23,068 nt of DNA, filler included, from Peribolospora baueri (GCA_029717555.1; 19 parts of 19 records of this genome joined end to end with filler, not necessarily neighbours in it), one strand, 5' to 3'; shown: positions 10,026-20,827, numbered from the whole stretch's first letter. Notes: generated by a model not told the origin, from the sequence alone. A program made the numbers and translations.

Positions 10026-10105
10026 GGGGGTACTGTCACAAACCTCCGCTCAGAAACTCCGCTCAGAACCTCGTGCTCATAGACTCAGACATAGGAGCTG
10101 CGGTG
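10026..10105 (+). mobile_element. Polypurine tract and start of the 3' LTR of the chromovirus
   Basis: GGGGGTAC immediately followed by TGTCACA (LTR start at 10034), just after the pol stop codon. The LTR contains a short tandem duplication, CTCCGCTCAGAA x2. Confidence 0.82.
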
Positions 10106-11440
10106 NNNNNNNNNNNNNNNNNNNNNNNNNNNNNNNNNNNNNNNNNNNNTTAATTAATTAANNNNNNNNNNNNNNNNNNNNNNNNNNNNNNNNNNNNNNN
10201 NNNNNGAGTGGAAAAAGACTTCCCCTAGCGGCCGGGCCAAGCCTACGAGAGCGCAGTGCGGATGCGACTTGTATTCAGTAATGACTAATGGCGCTTGCTG
10301 GAGAACTGATCCTCATCTACTCTCTCTCTCTCTCTCGATTTTCACAGTCGTTGGGACGCTGTTTCCGTCAAATTCAGGCGTCAGCACGATTACTTCGAGA
10401 CCTAACGGGGAGAGACAAAACAGGGCACCTACGAGCATGATCGTACAGCGGGCGTGCGGAAAAGGCAAAATCGCTCGCGATAGGCATCTAGCAGAAGCAG
10501 ATGTAAGTTCCCGCACGCGGCTCTATTAACGGACGCACTTCTCTACTTCCATCGGCGCGGCCTTACGTATTTATTGATTCGAGCCGTGGTACTGAGCACG
10601 CCGGGCTGCGTCGGGTTCGATGCCACGTCTCGGCAGCAAGACGCCATAATGAGCGCGCCTGTTGAATTTCCACTTTCCCTTCCAGGATTATGGATGCATC
10701 CTTGACAGCGCTTCAAACTCTCTGCGCATGGCTATAGGGGCAATTGCGATTTACGGACCTGTCCGGCGATCTTCAATCTTCATCTTCCTGGCAGTTTTGA
10801 CTCTTCGTCCCGCCGGCATACTCAACTCCAGTGACCTCCAATCGTAGTTTCAGCAGCCTTTCTCTAGTTATAACGAGCAGCACAAGAGGGGTCGATATCG
10901 AGGGTACCGGTCCAAGCGAACAGGCATACGCATCGTATTTCGAGCATATCGGTCTATTTTTTTAAAGAAAGCCACTTTCGCCGACGTGTCAAGCCCGGGC
11001 CCCATCTTCAATGAAGTGAACGATATTCTGCTGCGTGTTATTGAATTTGGGGATGCGACGCAGGTGAAAGAGCCGGAAAGAACCGACCCAATGGTGGAGT
11101 TGCTCCCTCGTTCGTCTTGGTTGACATGATATCTACAGTTTCATTCTGTTGCCGCCCTCGCATGGAGGGTCATCTCGGTGGCGTATAATGTGGTCCTCTT
11201 GTTCGTGACTGAAGGCGTAATATATGCTTGAAGCTCATCCGTGTCGTGTTTCGCCCGTGCGGCGCTTTGGCGGGCACCAGCTCTTCCGAGAACAATCGCA
11301 GCAAGATGCCCAGCTCCACAAGCTGAGCAATCAAATTGCCNNNNNNNNNNNNNNNNNNNNNNNNNNNNNNNNNNNNNNNNNNNNTTAATTAATTAANNNN
11401 NNNNNNNNNNNNNNNNNNNNNNNNNNNNNNNNNNNNNNNN

Positions 11441-12572
11441 ATGCACGGCTCACTCTGATGGCCGAATGAAGGTAGGAGGTCGACTCTGGCACCCCTCGCG
11501 CCCACGCGAGCCAGTCATCCTTGCCGAGGCCGTGAACTCGAAGCTCTGGAAAGTTCAAGAGCCAGAGGGCGCAGACCTGGCGCTCTCTTTCCTCGCTGCC
11601 TGGGGAACCCACGGCAAGTTGACAACGTTTCATGCGTGCCAAGGCGCTGTCGGAGCGCGCCTCGATGCCGTCCTTGCCGCCATCCCCGCCTTTGCCCTTG
11701 TTATTGGCGCTGGCGGCCTTCGAGGAATGGAGTCGGCGAGCTGCGTTCTGACTGAGGATAGCCTGGAGGGCACCCTTCTCCACCTCCAACCTGTCACGCA
11801 AGGGCCTAAGCCGTGCGGTGATGACGGCTTTCTCGGCCGCCAGGAGCAGGCCAGCGTCCTCAGGTCGGTCATGCAGAGTATGAAAGATCTCTTGCACCAA
11901 CTTGTCCCAAGAAAACACTGCGCCACTGGCATGCAGGCGGTCGAGGATCGACTTGATGAGGTCGGAAAGAGCGAGGGCGAGGTGTAGAGTCGTCCATTGG
12001 ATGCGAAATAGCTCTGCCGGTTGCAGAGTGTACTTGTCGTACCCTGGATCCAATCCAACGATCTGAATCGACAGCGACTCTGGGTTGCGCGAAAGAGCAT
12101 CCTTGGCGTAGATCCACGACGGATCGCTGCTGGAGACGAGATGAATCGTGCCAACATGATGTATAAAGTTGCGTGATGGCAGGCCGTGGGCGTGGAGGAA
12201 TCCAGCAGCGGCCACGGAGGAGGTCACTTGGGAGAGCGTAACGAGGACGAGAGGTTGAAGGATCTCGACATATTGCCGTGCAAACTCTATGCAAATGGCC
12301 TCGTCGTAGGCCAGGAATGGGCAGAGGTTGGCGAAAGGCAAGGGAAGCAGATCCTTGACCGACGAACCCCTCCACAGCGAGTCCGCCGCTGCTCCAGCCA
12401 AGCCCACTACCGCGTCGCGGAAAACCGCGGCGGCGCGACTAAGGTGTGGATCGGCTGTGGACACGAAACCTCTCTGAACAGAACGGAAAGAAGGATCAGG
12501 AAGGTGCAGCGATGGGAATCAAAAGAAGACCGGCAGGAACTCACCGGAAACCTGTAATCGGCGACGGTGATA
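11441..12572 (-). CDS. Internal fragment of an uncharacterised spliced gene (intact copy)
   Basis: Short exon ITVADYRFP, 71-nt GTGAGT..CAG intron at 12544-12474, then an open frame of about 1 kb to the contig edge. Differences from the second copy are mostly synonymous in this frame. Confidence 0.75.
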
Positions 12573-12672
12573 NNNNNNNNNNNNNNNNNNNNNNNNNNNN
12601 NNNNNNNNNNNNNNNNTTAATTAATTAANNNNNNNNNNNNNNNNNNNNNNNNNNNNNNNNNNNNNNNNNNNN

Positions 12673-13802
12673 TATCACCGTCGCCGATTACAGGTTTCCG
12701 GTGAGTTCCTGCCGGTCTTCTTTTGATTCCCATCGCTGCACCTTCCTGATCCTTCTTTCCGTTCTGTTCAGAGAGGTTTCGTGTCCACAGCCGATCCACC
12801 TCTTAGCCGCGCCGGCTCGGTTTTCCGTGACGCGGTCGTGGGCTTGGCTGGAGCAGCGGCCGATTCGCTGTGGAGGGGTTCGTCGGTCAAGGATGTGCCT
12901 CCCTTGCCTTTCGCTGACCTCTGCCCATTCCTGGCCTATGACGAGGCCATTTGCATAGAGTTTGCACGGCAATATGTCGAGATCCTTTCACCTCTCGTTC
13001 TCGTCACGCTCTCCCAAGTGACCTCCTCCGTGGCCGCCGCTGGATTCCTCCACGCCCACGGCCTGCCATCACGCAACTTTATACATCATGTTGGCACGAT
13101 TCATCTCGTCTCCAGCAGTGATCCGTCGTGGATCTACGCAGAGGACGCTCTCTCGCACAACCCAGAGTCATTGTCGATTCAGATCGTAGGATTGCACCCC
13201 GGGTACGACAAGTACACCTTGCAACCAGCAGAGTTATTTCGCGTCCAATGGACGACTCTACACCTTGCCCTCGCGCTCTCCGACGTCATCAAGTCGATCC
13301 TCGCCCGCCTTCAGGCCAGCGGCGCGGTCTTTTCTCGCGACAAGTTCGTGCAAGATATCTTTCATGCTCTCCATAACCGACCCGAGGACGCTGGCCTGCT
13401 CCTAGCGGCCGAGAAAGCCGTCATCACCGCACGGCTTAGGCCCTTGCGCGACAGGTTGGAGGTGGAGAAGGGTGCCCTCCAGGCTATCCTCAGTCAGGAC
13501 GCAGCTCGCCGACTCCATTCCTCGAAGGCCGCCAGCGCCAGACAAGGGCAAAGATGGGGATGGCAGCAAGGACGGCATCGAGGCGCGCTCCGACAGCGCC
13601 TTGGCACGCATGAAACGTTGTCAACTTGCCGTGGGCTCGCCAGGCAGCAAGGAAAGAGAGCGCCAGGTCTGCACTCTCTGGCTCTTGAACTTTCCAGAGC
13701 TTCGAGTTCACGGCCTCGGCAAGGATGACTGGCTCGCGTGGGCGCGAGGGGTGCCAGAGTCGACCTCCTACCTTCATTCGGCCATCAGAGTGAGCCGTGC
13801 AT
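12673..13802 (+). pseudogene. Second copy (allele or paralog) of the same unknown gene, with a 2-bp frameshift
   Basis: Reverse-complement homolog of 11441-12572 with the intron at 12701-12771. GCCAATAACAAG has become GCCAGACAAG near 13540, giving a premature stop at 13728. Confidence 0.75.
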
Positions 13803-13902
13803 NNNNNNNNNNNNNNNNNNNNNNNNNNNNNNNNNNNNNNNNNNNNTTAATTAATTAANNNNNNNNNNNNNNNNNNNNNNNNNNNNNNNNNNNNNNNNNN
13901 NN

Positions 13903-14860
13903 TCCTTCCCCTTCCTCCCTTCTTCTCCTTCTCCTTCCCCTCTCCCTTTTTTTTTTTTCCCTTTTTTTTTTTTTTCTTCCTCCCCCTCTCCCTCCTCCCT
14001 CCCCCTTCTCCCTTTCTTCCTCCCTTTTCCCCTCTCCTCCCTTCCCCCTTCCCTCCCCTCTCTTCTCCTCCTCCTTCTTCTCTTTCCTTCCTTCTTCTCC
14101 CCCTTTTCTCCCTCCTCTTTTCTTCCTCTCTCCTCCCTTCCCTCCTTTCTTTTTCTTCCCTCTTTCTCCTCCTTTTTCTCTTCTTCTTCTCCTTTTTCCC
14201 CCCTCCTTTTTCCTCTTCCCCCTCCTTTCTCTCCCTCCCCCTCCTTTCTTTTTCTTCTTCCCTTCCTTTCCCTTCTCTCCCTCTTCCTTTTCTCTCCTCC
14301 CTCTTCTCTTTTCTTTTCTTTTCTTTTTCTTTTTTTTTTCTCCTCCCCCCCCCTCCCCCTTCTTCTTTCCCTCTCCTCCTTCCCTTTCCCCCTTCTCTTC
14401 CCTCCTTCCTTCCTCCTCCCTCTTCTCTCTCTTCCTTCCCTCCCCTTCCTTCCTTCTTTTTTTCTTCTTCTTCCTCTCCTCCTCTTTTCTTCTCTTCTTC
14501 CTTTCTCCTCTCTCTTCCCTTTTCTTCCTCTTTTTCTCCCCTCTTCCTTCCTTCTTTTTCCCTTCTCCCTTTCTTCCTTTCCCCTCTCTTCTCTTCTTCT
14601 TTCCCTCCTTTCTCTTTTCCTTTCTCTTTTTCTTTCTTCTCTCTCCTTTCCCTCTCTTCCTCTCTTCTCCCCTCCTTCCCTTCTTTTTTCCCTTTCTTCT
14701 TCCCCTTTCTCTTTTTTTTTTCCTTTTCTTCCCTCTTCTTTTCTTCTCCTTTTCTTTTCTTCCCTCTTCTTCTCTCCTTTCTCTCCCTTCTTCTTCCCTC
14801 CTCTCCCCAGTCTTTTTTTTCTCCTCTTTCCTCTTCCCCCCCTTTCATTCCTCCCCCCCT
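13903..14860. repeat. Aperiodic polypyrimidine low-complexity tract
   Basis: Almost only C/T, grading into ordinary AT-rich sequence at about 14860-15007. Confidence 0.95.
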
Positions 14861-15899
14861 GCGTCGCCTTTCTCTCTTTGTGTTTCTGTGCTTTTTTTGC
14901 TTCCCTTTTTCGGCTCCTCCAAAGAGATTCAAACTGTGGAGCCTTATCAGAAATTAGTTTTTTATATTTTACCTAAAACACTATCCATTATAAATATATA
15001 TTTATTCNNNNNNNNNNNNNNNNNNNNNNNNNNNNNNNNNNNNNNNNNNNNTTAATTAATTAANNNNNNNNNNNNNNNNNNNNNNNNNNNNNNNNNNNNN
15101 NNNNNNNCACAGAAACGGCGGTGGCTCGGCGGAGGCTTGCGCTGCCGCCCATCGCGCCGACGACGTGGGACGGGCCCTTCGTGTGGGACGACGGTGAGCG
15201 TGCGCCCATGTACGACGGTCGAGAACTGTGTGCGACGGAACAACGGCAGCGTATCGGCGTTGGAGGTTGCTGTTGGAAGCGACGGCGGCGGGCCAATATT
15301 CTCCTCTTTGCGCTACTCACAGCCTTTCTTCGCATGAGCTAATTTATTAAAATGAACGGAGTGTTTAAATCGACTACGTTATTAAACACACACATCGGGA
15401 TCATGCTTATTTGTGCTTGTTTGCTCCACGAGGTTCGATCCCATTTTGAATTACTGTTCATGTGCCTTCCTTTACATAAGATTTCTAAAACGGTGACCCG
15501 AGTTTACGGATATCTGCGAAGATAGGAGGTTACGGAGCACGCGCGCCCACGCGTACGGTAAACTCGCGCGCGCGACGTCAGCTTTCGGAAGTGGCACATC
15601 GCCGCTATCCTTATTAATAATATAGATTATCCGTTACTCATATTACACCACCATAACAATTTCGCTTGATGCCCACGACCTAATTGTCATACTAATAAAT
15701 AAGGCTTAATGTAACGTACTTATTTATAACGTTTTGTAAACAAGCAGAGGTCACACGCTCTCCACTAGTCGCAATCCCGAGCCCTCGTCCACCAAAAAAG
15801 ATGCCCGCACGAGCCTGGTGGTGATTTTTTTCTTCTTTCCTTTTTTAAAAAATAGCCCGGGGGGCTTGAGGGTCATCTGAGAAGAATGAAATGTAGCGT

Positions 15900-16002
15900 G
15901 GCGAGATGGCCGAGTGGTCTAAGGCGCTGTGTTAAGGTTTACTTTGTATTTGAGGTTAATCCGCAGTCCTCCGGGGCGTGGGTTCGAATCCCACTCTCGT
16001 CA
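15900..16002 (+). tRNA. tRNA-Leu(AAG): tRNA-Leu(AAG) with a 23-nt intron (15938-15960)
   Basis: Acceptor stem GGCGAGA/TCTCGTC; D-arm TGGCCGAGTGGTCTAAGGC; anticodon stem CTGTG/CGCAG with TT-AAG-G then the intron at 37/38; long variable arm; T-arm GTGGGTTCGAATCCCAC; downstream T5 Pol III terminator. Confidence 0.93.
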
Positions 16003-16284
16003 AATATTTTTGTTTTTGCTCCGTGTGGCCCTCATTTTTGGAGGGCGGTCGTGTCTGATCTCGTTCATAGTTTGAGAACGGCCAGCTGAAGCAGAGAGGG
16101 AGAAGAAGGGCTGTTCGGCCGGACCGAGTGTACGAACTGGGCAGAGGATGGCCTTTGGAGAGCTACACAGGAACGGCAGTTGCTNNNNNNNNNNNNNNNN
16201 NNNNNNNNNNNNNNNNNNNNNNNNNNNNTTAATTAATTAANNNNNNNNNNNNNNNNNNNNNNNNNNNNNNNNNNNNNNNNNNNN

Positions 16285-17360
16285 TCTCACGACCCTCAGC
16301 GGAGAAGGGCTCGGTGAGCTTCCACCACGGCTTGTTGAAGCGACCGTCCATGATGAGTTCTGTGGAGAGCGAAGATGATCAGGATCCGTCCGGTTGAGTC
16401 TCCAAGTACGGCCGGTTATTTGGCACTCACGAGCAAAGTCGAACGCCTTTGCGAACGGAACCACCTCGTTGAGGACGGCGGGCTCGGCGCTGAGGCAGTT
16501 CATCTGCGCCGAAAACGCCATCCTGCCGAAACTGGCTAGCGTGAAACGGAAGAAGATATCTGGCGAGAGGGTTCGAGTGGGTGTGAGTGTGAGCAAGCGA
16601 TGGCCAGCGGATGCAGGGCAAACAAGCAATGTTGGGAGAGCGAGGCGGAAGTAGCACTCACCGGAGAGGTAGACATCCGTGTTCCGCTCGGTGAGGCGGC
16701 TCATGAGCTTGGTAAGGACATCGAGCTCGCTGTGCACGACGGTGGCGACGTGGTTCTTAAAGTTGGAGACAGAAAAGATGTGCGAGGCAAGCTTTCGCTG
16801 CGTGCGCCAGACGTCGCCGTCGGCGACCTGCGGAGGCAAAAGAGGGTTCGTTAGCGACGGCTGAAGCGAATCGATCCGAAGGCAGGTGGGAAGGAAAAAA
16901 AAAAAAAACTAACAAAGATGCCGTGTTCGCCCATGACACCGCCCATGGCGTCGCGGAAACCTTTGCCTTTGGGGTAGTTTTCAAAGCTGGTCTTTTGGAC
17001 CCACTCGATGTACTCGGGACGGTTGACGACGACAATGCGACCGAAGCCGGGCCTGGGAAAGGGAGAAGGGCGAAGAAGAGTGGCGGTGAGAGGCATGATC
17101 GATGATGGTCGTGAAGTGGAGGCGGACGTGCCATCGGGGACAGGACGCTCACATGGTCGCTGGGAGGACGATCAAGAGGGCGGGGGCGATGGGTAGGTGG
17201 GAGGGATCAGCGCGAGCGAGGCAGAAACAGGTTGGGGGGGGACGACGGCTTGGAGGGAGCACTCACCGGTCCAGGGCATGCCGCCCACGCCGGCGGTCTC
17301 CTGGCCTTCACGGAGACGGTCGAGTTGGTTGCGACCGCCGGTCTTGATGATGGCCCATGA
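16285..17360 (-). CDS. Cytochrome P450, N-terminal internal fragment (6 exons visible)
   Basis: Exons 17360-17267, 17159-17153, 17052-16914, 16827-16662, 16559-16431 and 16359-16285 splice in frame to ...[35 protein letters not shown]...GIFVADGDVWRTQRKLASHIFS...DIFFRFTLASFGRMAF...FAKAFDFAQ. It carries the WxxxR C-helix motif and resembles CYP86/CYP704-type fatty-acid hydroxylase N-termini. Confidence 0.9.
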
Positions 17361-17460
17361 NNNNNNNNNNNNNNNNNNNNNNNNNNNNNNNNNNNNNNNN
17401 NNNNTTAATTAATTAANNNNNNNNNNNNNNNNNNNNNNNNNNNNNNNNNNNNNNNNNNNN

Positions 17461-18536
17461 CCTTCTCTCCTCTCTTCTTCTTCCCTTCTCTCCTCTCTTT
17501 TCTCCTCCTTCTTCTTCCTCTCCTCTTCTCTTTTCTTCTCCTTTTCCTTTCTTCTCTCTTCCCTTTTTCTTCTTCTTCTTTTCCTCTTTTTTCCTTTCTC
17601 CTTCTTCTTTTCTCCTTTTCTTCCCCTTTCCCTTTCCCTCCTCCTTCTTCTTCTTCTTCTTTTTCTTCTTCTTCTTCTTCTCTTCTTCTTCTTCTTCTTC
17701 TTCTTCTTTTTCTTCTTCTTTTCCCCCTTCTTCTCCCTTTTCTTCTTTTTCCTCTCTTTCCTTCCCTCTTTTCCTTTCTTCTTCTCTCCTCCCTTCTCCT
17801 TCCCCCCCTTCCTTCCCCTTTTCTTCTCTTTCTTTCTTCTCCTTTCCTTCTTCTTCTTCCTCTCCCTCTTCTTTTCTTCTTTCCCTTCCCTTTTCTCCCC
17901 CTCCTTCTCCTTCTTCTCTCCTTTTCCTCCTCCTTTCCTCTCCTTCTTCCCTCCCTTCTCCCTTCCCTTCTTCCCTCCTCTCTTCCTTCTCTCCCTTTTC
18001 TCTCCCCTTCCCTCTTCCCCTCCCTCTTTCCTTCCCTTTCCCCTTCCCTTCTTCCTCCTCTTCCCTTTCCTTCCTCTCCTCTTTTCCCTTCTCTTCCCCT
18101 TCTTCCCCTTTCTTTCCTCCCTTTCTTCCTTCTTTCCTCTTTCTTCTTTCTCCTCCTTCCTTCCCTTCTTCTTCCTTCCTTTTTTCCCTTTCCTTCCCTT
18201 CCTTCTTTTCCCCTTCTTTCTTTCCTTCTCCTTTTTCCTCCTTTTCTCCTCCCCTCTCCCCTCCCCTCCTCCCCTTTTTTTTTCTTCCCTTCTCCTTTCT
18301 TTGCCTTTCTTCGCTGTTTTTTTTCTCTTCTTCTCTCTTTCCCTCTCCTTTTTTTTCTCCTCCTTCCCTCCCCTCCTTTCCCCCTCTTCCCCTCTTTCTT
18401 CCCCTTCCTCTTCCCTCCCCCCCTTTTCCCTCTTTCCCCTCCCCCTTCTTCTCCTTTCCTTCCTTCCCTCCTTCCTCCCCCCTCCCCCTCCTTCTTCTTT
18501 TCTCCCTCCTTTTTTTTTCCCTCTTTTCCCTTCCTC
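17461..18536. repeat. Polypyrimidine low-complexity contig with a (TTC)n stretch
   Basis: Almost only C/T, with imperfect (TTC)n around 17645-17720. Confidence 0.95.
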
Positions 18537-18699
18537 NNNNNNNNNNNNNNNNNNNNNNNNNNNNNNNNNNNNNNNNNNNNTTAATTAATTAANNNNNNNN
18601 NNNNNNNNNNNNNNNNNNNNNNNNNNNNNNNNNNNNATCGTTTTCAATGTCTCACGCCCCATTCCGCTTTTGATGGAGTGCCACCTTTCTTCTAGTCTC

Positions 18700-18706
18700 T
18701 ATAAAT
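18700..18706 (+). promoter_or_regulatory. TATA box of the secreted protein gene
   Basis: TATAAAT followed by a CT-rich leader, about 70 nt before the ATG at 18776. Confidence 0.5.
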
Positions 18707-18775
18707 GGTTCGTTTCCCTGTTGAACCTTCGCTCTCGACCTCCCTCGTTTCTTCCCTTTCTCCGAACCATTCCAG

Positions 18776-19688
18776 ATGAAGACAGCCGCCATCCTCTTTG
18801 CCTTTGTTGCCTCTTCCGCCACTGCGCCGGCTGTGCAGATTCCCGGCAACCGCCGCCAATTGCCTCTGCCGCTCATCAACGGTGCTATGCCTCTCCCCGG
18901 TTTTGCGAACCCTCTCACCAGCGGTGCGGAGGATGTGGAACCTCCCGCCTTGGAGAGCGCGGACCCTCCCATCTGGAGGGGCGGCGACTCCACCTTGGAG
19001 GCCAAGAACTCTAACAAAGTCACCGCCATGTCGAACCCTGAGGTGGGTTAGGGATGGCCAGGGCTTTCCTTGCTGGCAACCTATCGCCCTGACGTACCCT
19101 GCCCCCTCCCCGATTCATTTACCATTCATAGCAAAATACGAATGTTACGGTCAAAGTCATCAACCAGATAGCCCCAGTAACCCCAGTTTTCACCGGCACC
19201 GGCCACAAGTCGTGGCTCGCCAACGATGACGTTCCCGACATGTCGTTGGCATCCCGTACGGGAGACTCCTTCGTTCCCGCCGGTTTTGTGTCCAAGCACC
19301 CGTCCAGGCGTCCTCCGAACAGGAAGGCTGCCCACGAGATGCATCGGGAGGCCCATGAGGAGACTGCTGAGAAGAAGGCCAACCGTCCGACCCAAATGCA
19401 CAATATGTTCCTCGGCTCGGGCAACCAATAGCCCAATTTTTCGGGCGATGGGCAACGCTGCTGCTGATCAGCTGGTGGGTCTCCTCTGCCCCCTGCTCTT
19501 CAGTCCGGTTCTAACGCAGCTCACGTAGTTTCTTCCCGCTTCCGTTGCCTCGCAGGCTCACGGTAGCCGGGGCGGTTTCGGCGGTTACGGCCAGAACGCC
19601 GCTGCCGGCCAAAGCGAGGGTGGCGGTGTGGGCTCTGGCTCGGGCGTCGCTGCTGGCGGTAATGGTGGCCATGGGGGCATGGGAGGCT
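18776..19688 (+). CDS. Putative secreted protein with a Gly-rich C-terminal exon; frame broken near 19426
   Basis: Signal-peptide-like MKTAAILFAFVASSATA; intron 19043-19131 (GTGGGT, CTGAC, TAG); exon 2 stops at 19431. A second canonical intron (19475-19555) and a GGN-rich exon follow in another frame. Confidence 0.6.
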
Positions 19689-19788
19689 NNNNNNNNNNNN
19701 NNNNNNNNNNNNNNNNNNNNNNNNNNNNNNNNTTAATTAATTAANNNNNNNNNNNNNNNNNNNNNNNNNNNNNNNNNNNNNNNNNNNN

Positions 19789-20013
19789 CACGTCTGCCTT
19801 GTATATATAAGGGCCCGACAGGGCCTCCACCTCTCCTTCCCCCAAGCTAAGAATACTTTTGTCACCGCTCAGGTCCTTGAGTCTTGTCTTGCCTCTCCGC
19901 TTCCTTGCTCTCTTTCCTCTTCCTGTCTCGGTTCGGTGTCGACTCCTGGTGCAACCCCTTCTGTGCCTCCTGCCTTGCCACCCGACGACCTGAGTAGGGA
20001 GCAATCCCTGACA
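19789..20013 (+). mobile_element. Possible 3' half of an LTR
   Basis: TATATATAAG followed by a pyrimidine-rich stretch ending in CCCTGACA (TG..CA-type terminus), at a contig edge as expected for a repeat. No second copy in the window. Confidence 0.3.
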
Positions 20014-20633
20014 TTTCTTATCGTGCGGCTTAGTTTTTTGGTTCACAGCAACTTCATGGCAACCCGCAGTTGACGACAAAACCCTAGCCCCTAGCTTCGT
20101 GCGATGTGCAAAAGGCTAGACCAGTCCACCCTGTCTCGTTCCTCATGGAGCCGGTGGGACTCTGAGGGAATACAAATTCGCTCCCGGGTCACGAGCTCTT
20201 ACGGAAAACGAGAAGGAGTTGTAGGTGTTAGTACTATGAGCGGCGCCACCTGCTGTGGTAAGATTGCACGTGGCTCAACGGTCTCCTTATTCTGCTCCTG
20301 CGGGGGTTCGGAGGGCTGCTTCTACACTAGATCACACGAGAGAGACTACAAGGAAAGAGGATGTCAGGATAGACAACGGGGAGGAGACAAGGATGAGAAG
20401 GTTTGGTAGTAACGAAAGCAGCAAACAAAGATGTACATGTCGCAGTCGGTGCAACGTCACTTCTCGTCAGTGCTCGTGTGAAAACCATGTGAAGAGACCA
20501 CATGGACGACAAGGCATCGCCGTCTACGCTTACGTTAGCCTTCAGTCTGAGTCCCGTCGTATGACCCTCCCTCCCTCCCTCCCTCTTCCACGACGTCTCG
20601 CCGCTCTGCTTCAAACCGCACCACGTACCCCGC

Positions 20634-20827
20634 CTAGGGGCGGTGCTGTCCCAAAAGGTTGCCCACATCGTTCAGCTCCGGCATGGCTGGAGGGTTGCTG
20701 TGGGCTCCTGGCGTATACCCCGGCAGCCTTCCGTGGTTCGGGTCGTTCTGGCTGTACCCCGGAGGGTTAGCGTTAACCTGTTCCTTGGGTACATAAGTGG
20801 GCCCATTAGGCCCATTCCCGGTGAAGT
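20634..20827 (-). CDS. 3' end of an unidentified gene with a Pro/Gly/Asn-rich tail and PY-like motifs
   Basis: Open frame from the contig edge: FTGNGPNGPTYVPKEQVNANPPGYSQNDPNHGRLPGYTPGAHSNPPAMPELNDVGNLLGQHRP*, containing PPGY and LPGY. Confidence 0.4.

Noticed and set aside
10596..10635. tRNA-like 3' half (GGGTTCGATGCCACGTCTCGGCA)
   Set aside because: T-stem is imperfect and no matching 5' acceptor strand, D-arm or anticodon arm was found.
11441..13802. Large inverted repeat or terminal inverted repeats of a transposon
   Set aside because: Two separate contigs adjacent only because they have nearly equal length; the 127-bp identical ends show a graph bubble.
15430..15445. Isolated B-box-like GGTTCGATCCC
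   Set aside because: No cloverleaf or A-box context.
20078..20096. AAAACCCTAGCCCCTAG as telomere repeat or telomerase template
   Set aside because: Only two degenerate units, not TTAGGG, with no supporting structure.
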